A DNA stretch of 64,000 nt, taken from NCBI GenBank assembly GCA_964291215.2, contig OZ219790.1:1952001-2016000 (forward strand), read 5' to 3'. This DNA is from Alphaproteobacteria bacterium (GTDB taxonomy: Bacteria > Pseudomonadota > Alphaproteobacteria > MPNO01 > UBA830). Every line of letters starts with the position of its first letter. Within the stretch, counting starts at the first letter, position 1. Under the pieces are notes generated by a model. It ran no database searches and was not told where the DNA came from. It saw only the letters and a program-made list of their open reading frames with translations. Of the stretch, positions 61,648 through 64,000 are shown in pieces. A program made the translations under genes and the position numbers.

Positions 61648-62661
61648 TCAACTCGCGACGAATTTCTCCGCGTGAATCCGCGACGAGTCGACGCCCCGGG
61701 CTGCCAGCGCCGCTTCCGCTGCCTCGATCATCGGCGGCGGACCGCAGAGATAGACCTCACAGTTGCCGCCATTCAGGATCTCGTCGCGCAGCAGCGACGT
61801 GATGTGACCTGAACTGCCGGTCCAGCCGCTCGAAGCCTCGACAACACACAGTTCGATCTCGAGATCGACACCCTTTTCCCGATAGTCGGACAGCTGGTCG
61901 AGGGCAAAGAGCTCTTCCGGCCTGTTGGCACCGTAGAGCAGGCGCACCGGCTCCCCTTCCGCCTCCGACGAACCAAGCGTGTCGAGCATGCTGAGCATTG
62001 GCGCAAGGCCAGTCCCACCTGCCACCATCACGGACGGGCGTTCCTGCGGGCGGAGATAGAACCGGCCGAACGGACCCGTCATCGTGATCTCGTCCCCGGG
62101 CGCGGCCCTTTTCGAAATGTAGTCGCTCATTGCCCCCTGTTCGAGAATCTTGATGTAGAAGGCGTGACGATTCGTCGCCACCTTGTTGGCGAACGAATAG
62201 GACCGCTGCACGTCCGTTCCCGGGACCGAAAGATGCACATACTGGCCGGACATGAACGAAACCGGGGCGCTCTCTGCGTCCTGCGCAATCACGAGGCGAG
62301 CCACTGCGGACGCGACCATGTCGACCTCGACGACCTTGCACGGAATGCTTGTCGGCGCCGTCTTGAGCGCGATGCGCGATGCGTAGGGGAACTCGATCAC
62401 GCAGTCGGACGTGACATGCATCCGGCAGGTGAGCACCTCGCGCCGTTCACGTTCGGCCGCCGACAGCGCCTCGTATTCGTCGAGATAGTAGTCCCCCGAC
62501 GTGCACACGCCCTTGCAGGTCGCGCACGCACCCTCAAGACAGTCGGTGAGGATCCGCACGCGGTTCTTGAGGGCGGCAAGATAGACGCTGTCGTTCTCAT
62601 TGGCTTCGAACCGCGCCACCCGCCCGTCCTCGAAGACCAGCGTCACCTCGTGCGCGCCCAT
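61648..62661 (-). CDS. Ring-hydroxylating dioxygenase reductase (BenC/AntC-like; 2Fe-2S + FAD/NAD domains)
   Basis: DCLEGACATCK...LTC, RSYSF, GPFGRFYL, AGGTGLAP and YLCGPPPM. Confidence 0.9.
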   Translation of the reverse strand: MGAHEVTLVFEDGRVARFEANENDSVYLAALKNRVRILTDCLEGACATCKGVCTSGDYYLDEYEALSAAERERREVLTCRMHVTSDCVIEFPYASRIALKTAPTSIPCKVVEVDMVASAVARLVIAQDAESAPVSFMSGQYVHLSVPGTDVQRSYSFANKVATNRHAFYIKILEQGAMSDYISKRAAPGDEITMTGPFGRFYLRPQERPSVMVAGGTGLAPMLSMLDTLGSSEAEGEPVRLLYGANRPEELFALDQLSDYREKGVDLEIELCVVEASSGWTGSSGHITSLLRDEILNGGNCEVYLCGPPPMIEAAEAALAARGVDSSRIHAEKFVAS

Positions 62662-62664
62662 GGC

Positions 62665-63705
62665 CTACGCGCCCGGAACTAGAAGCGGTTTGACGGCTTC
62701 GCCACGGCGGATCAATTCGAAACCTTCCGCAGCCTCCGACAGCGGCAGCACATGGCTTCGAACGGGACCGAGATCGACGGCCCCCGCATGGATCAATTCG
62801 GTCGCCTGCTGCCAAGTCTCCCAGATGCGGCGGCCGTGGATGTTGATCATGCGCGGGCACTTGAGAAGCCACCATGTGAAATCCACCGGGATCGCTGCGG
62901 GCGGCGCCCCGACGAGGCGGAAGTCGCCGCCCTTGCACAGGCTCTCGAACACCACCCGGAAGCCGGCCTCGGAGCCGGAAAACTCGATTCCGACATCCAC
63001 GCCCTCGCCCGACGTCATATCGCGCACCGCGGCCACGACATCCGTCTCGTCCGCCTTCAGCGCCCGGTCGGCGCCCATCGCCTCGGCGGTCACCAGGCGC
63101 AGCGGATTCAGGTCGGCAGCGAACACGCGGGCGGCGCCGAGAGAGCGCGCGGCAGCGACGGCCATGAGTCCGATCGGTCCACAGCCATTGACGAGGACCG
63201 TCTGGCCGGCGACGCCTGAACCCTCCAGACAGGCATGAACGGCTATACCGAACGGCTCCAGCATGGCCGCAACCTCATGGGGCAGGTCCGGCGGATTCCG
63301 CCACGCTATGCGCGCCGGAACGGTCACGTGATCGGCAAAGACGCCGTCGATGTCGATTCCGGGGTAGGTGGTGGCATTGCACAGGTGCGCGCGCCCAAGG
63401 CGGCACGGCCGGCACACGCCGCAATAGATGTGACTCTCGAGACTGACATGGTCACCGATCTCGATGTCGTCGACCCCCTCGCCGACCTGGTCGACGACGC
63501 CGCTGGCCTCATGGCCGAGCACGCGCGGAAGCTTCATCCTGCGCGCCATCCGGGGCGCCCAGTCGTAGATCTGCATGTCCGTCCCGCAGATCCCGGCAGC
63601 GCCGAGACTCAGGCGGATCTCGCCCGCGCCTGCATCGCGCGGCTCCACGGAGCGGACGGCAACGCCGCCGAGACCCTCCTCAATCTTGCACAACGCAAGC
63701 ATCAC
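62665..63705 (-). CDS. Zinc-binding dehydrogenase (threonine dehydrogenase-like MDR)
   Basis: GICGTD, LGHEASG, CGVCRPC...C and GCGPIGL. Confidence 0.9.
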   Translation of the reverse strand: MMLALCKIEEGLGGVAVRSVEPRDAGAGEIRLSLGAAGICGTDMQIYDWAPRMARRMKLPRVLGHEASGVVDQVGEGVDDIEIGDHVSLESHIYCGVCRPCRLGRAHLCNATTYPGIDIDGVFADHVTVPARIAWRNPPDLPHEVAAMLEPFGIAVHACLEGSGVAGQTVLVNGCGPIGLMAVAAARSLGAARVFAADLNPLRLVTAEAMGADRALKADETDVVAAVRDMTSGEGVDVGIEFSGSEAGFRVVFESLCKGGDFRLVGAPPAAIPVDFTWWLLKCPRMINIHGRRIWETWQQATELIHAGAVDLGPVRSHVLPLSEAAEGFELIRRGEAVKPLLVPGA

Positions 63706-64000
63706 AGGTGATACACGTCGATCGGCCCCTCAAGTCGATCATCGATGAAGACGATCTTCTTTCGGCAGATCCTGAGGGCGCCGTTGACCCGCCTGAGCCT
63801 GAAGTCATAGAGGCTGCCACGGGTCAGACCTCCCTTCTTGCCGTAGGAATGCACGAGGCAGCTTGCCGTCGCCTCCACCTCGCCGTCATTCTCCTCGCCG
63901 ACGACGATGTTGCCGACCAGGTGGACGGTGCGGTCGAGCGGCACCGACGCGTAGGAATCACGAGATTCGATGCGGAACACCCGATCCTCAAGGCCCCCGC
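63702..64000 (-). CDS. Aromatic ring-hydroxylating dioxygenase beta subunit (5' part outside the window)
   Basis: LEDRVFRIES..SYASVPLDRTVHLVGN and KKIVFIDD...IDVYHL. Confidence 0.85.
   Translation of the reverse strand, partial: GGLEDRVFRIESRDSYASVPLDRTVHLVGNIVVGEENDGEVEATASCLVHSYGKKGGLTRGSLYDFRLRRVNGALRICRKKIVFIDDRLEGPIDVYHL

Noticed and set aside
1-64000. CRISPR array or cas genes
   Set aside because: I saw no regularly spaced short direct repeats and no Cas motifs. All repeats trace to IS copies, MITEs or hairpins.

Overview
High-GC alphaproteobacterial chromosome segment, probably Rhodospirillales-like (two-piece tmRNA followed by sspB; rpoZ-rsh-pdxJ-acpS; lepB-rnc-era-recO-parC). The right part (about 36.3-64 kb) is mostly intact housekeeping genes plus two aromatic-catabolism clusters. 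The left part (about 1.2-36.2 kb) is a dense pile of mobile DNA. It holds three IS66-family copies whose left end carries a DNA adenine methyltransferase remnant, two IS256 copies, an IS4-type and an ISAs1-type element both with DUF4338/DruA-like N-terminal regions, two IS630, an IS30, an unclassified IS, a group II intron and a MITE. Many elements can be delimited to the base by terminal inverted repeats (TIRs) and target-site duplications (TSDs), and several are nested. Among them is an intact-looking defence island: tandem tyrosine integrases, an AbiJ-like gene, an uncharacterised HTH + HEPN-like pair, an orphan Phd, and type I hsdR/hsdM with an MNT-HEPN pair and a truncated hsdS. The most striking pattern is that every transposase, the intron RT and several single-copy pseudogenes are shredded by short deletions, while element ends and selected genes are clean. 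A roughly 20 kb inversion appears to have separated acpS from lepB. All family assignments are from motif recognition by eye, not database searches.
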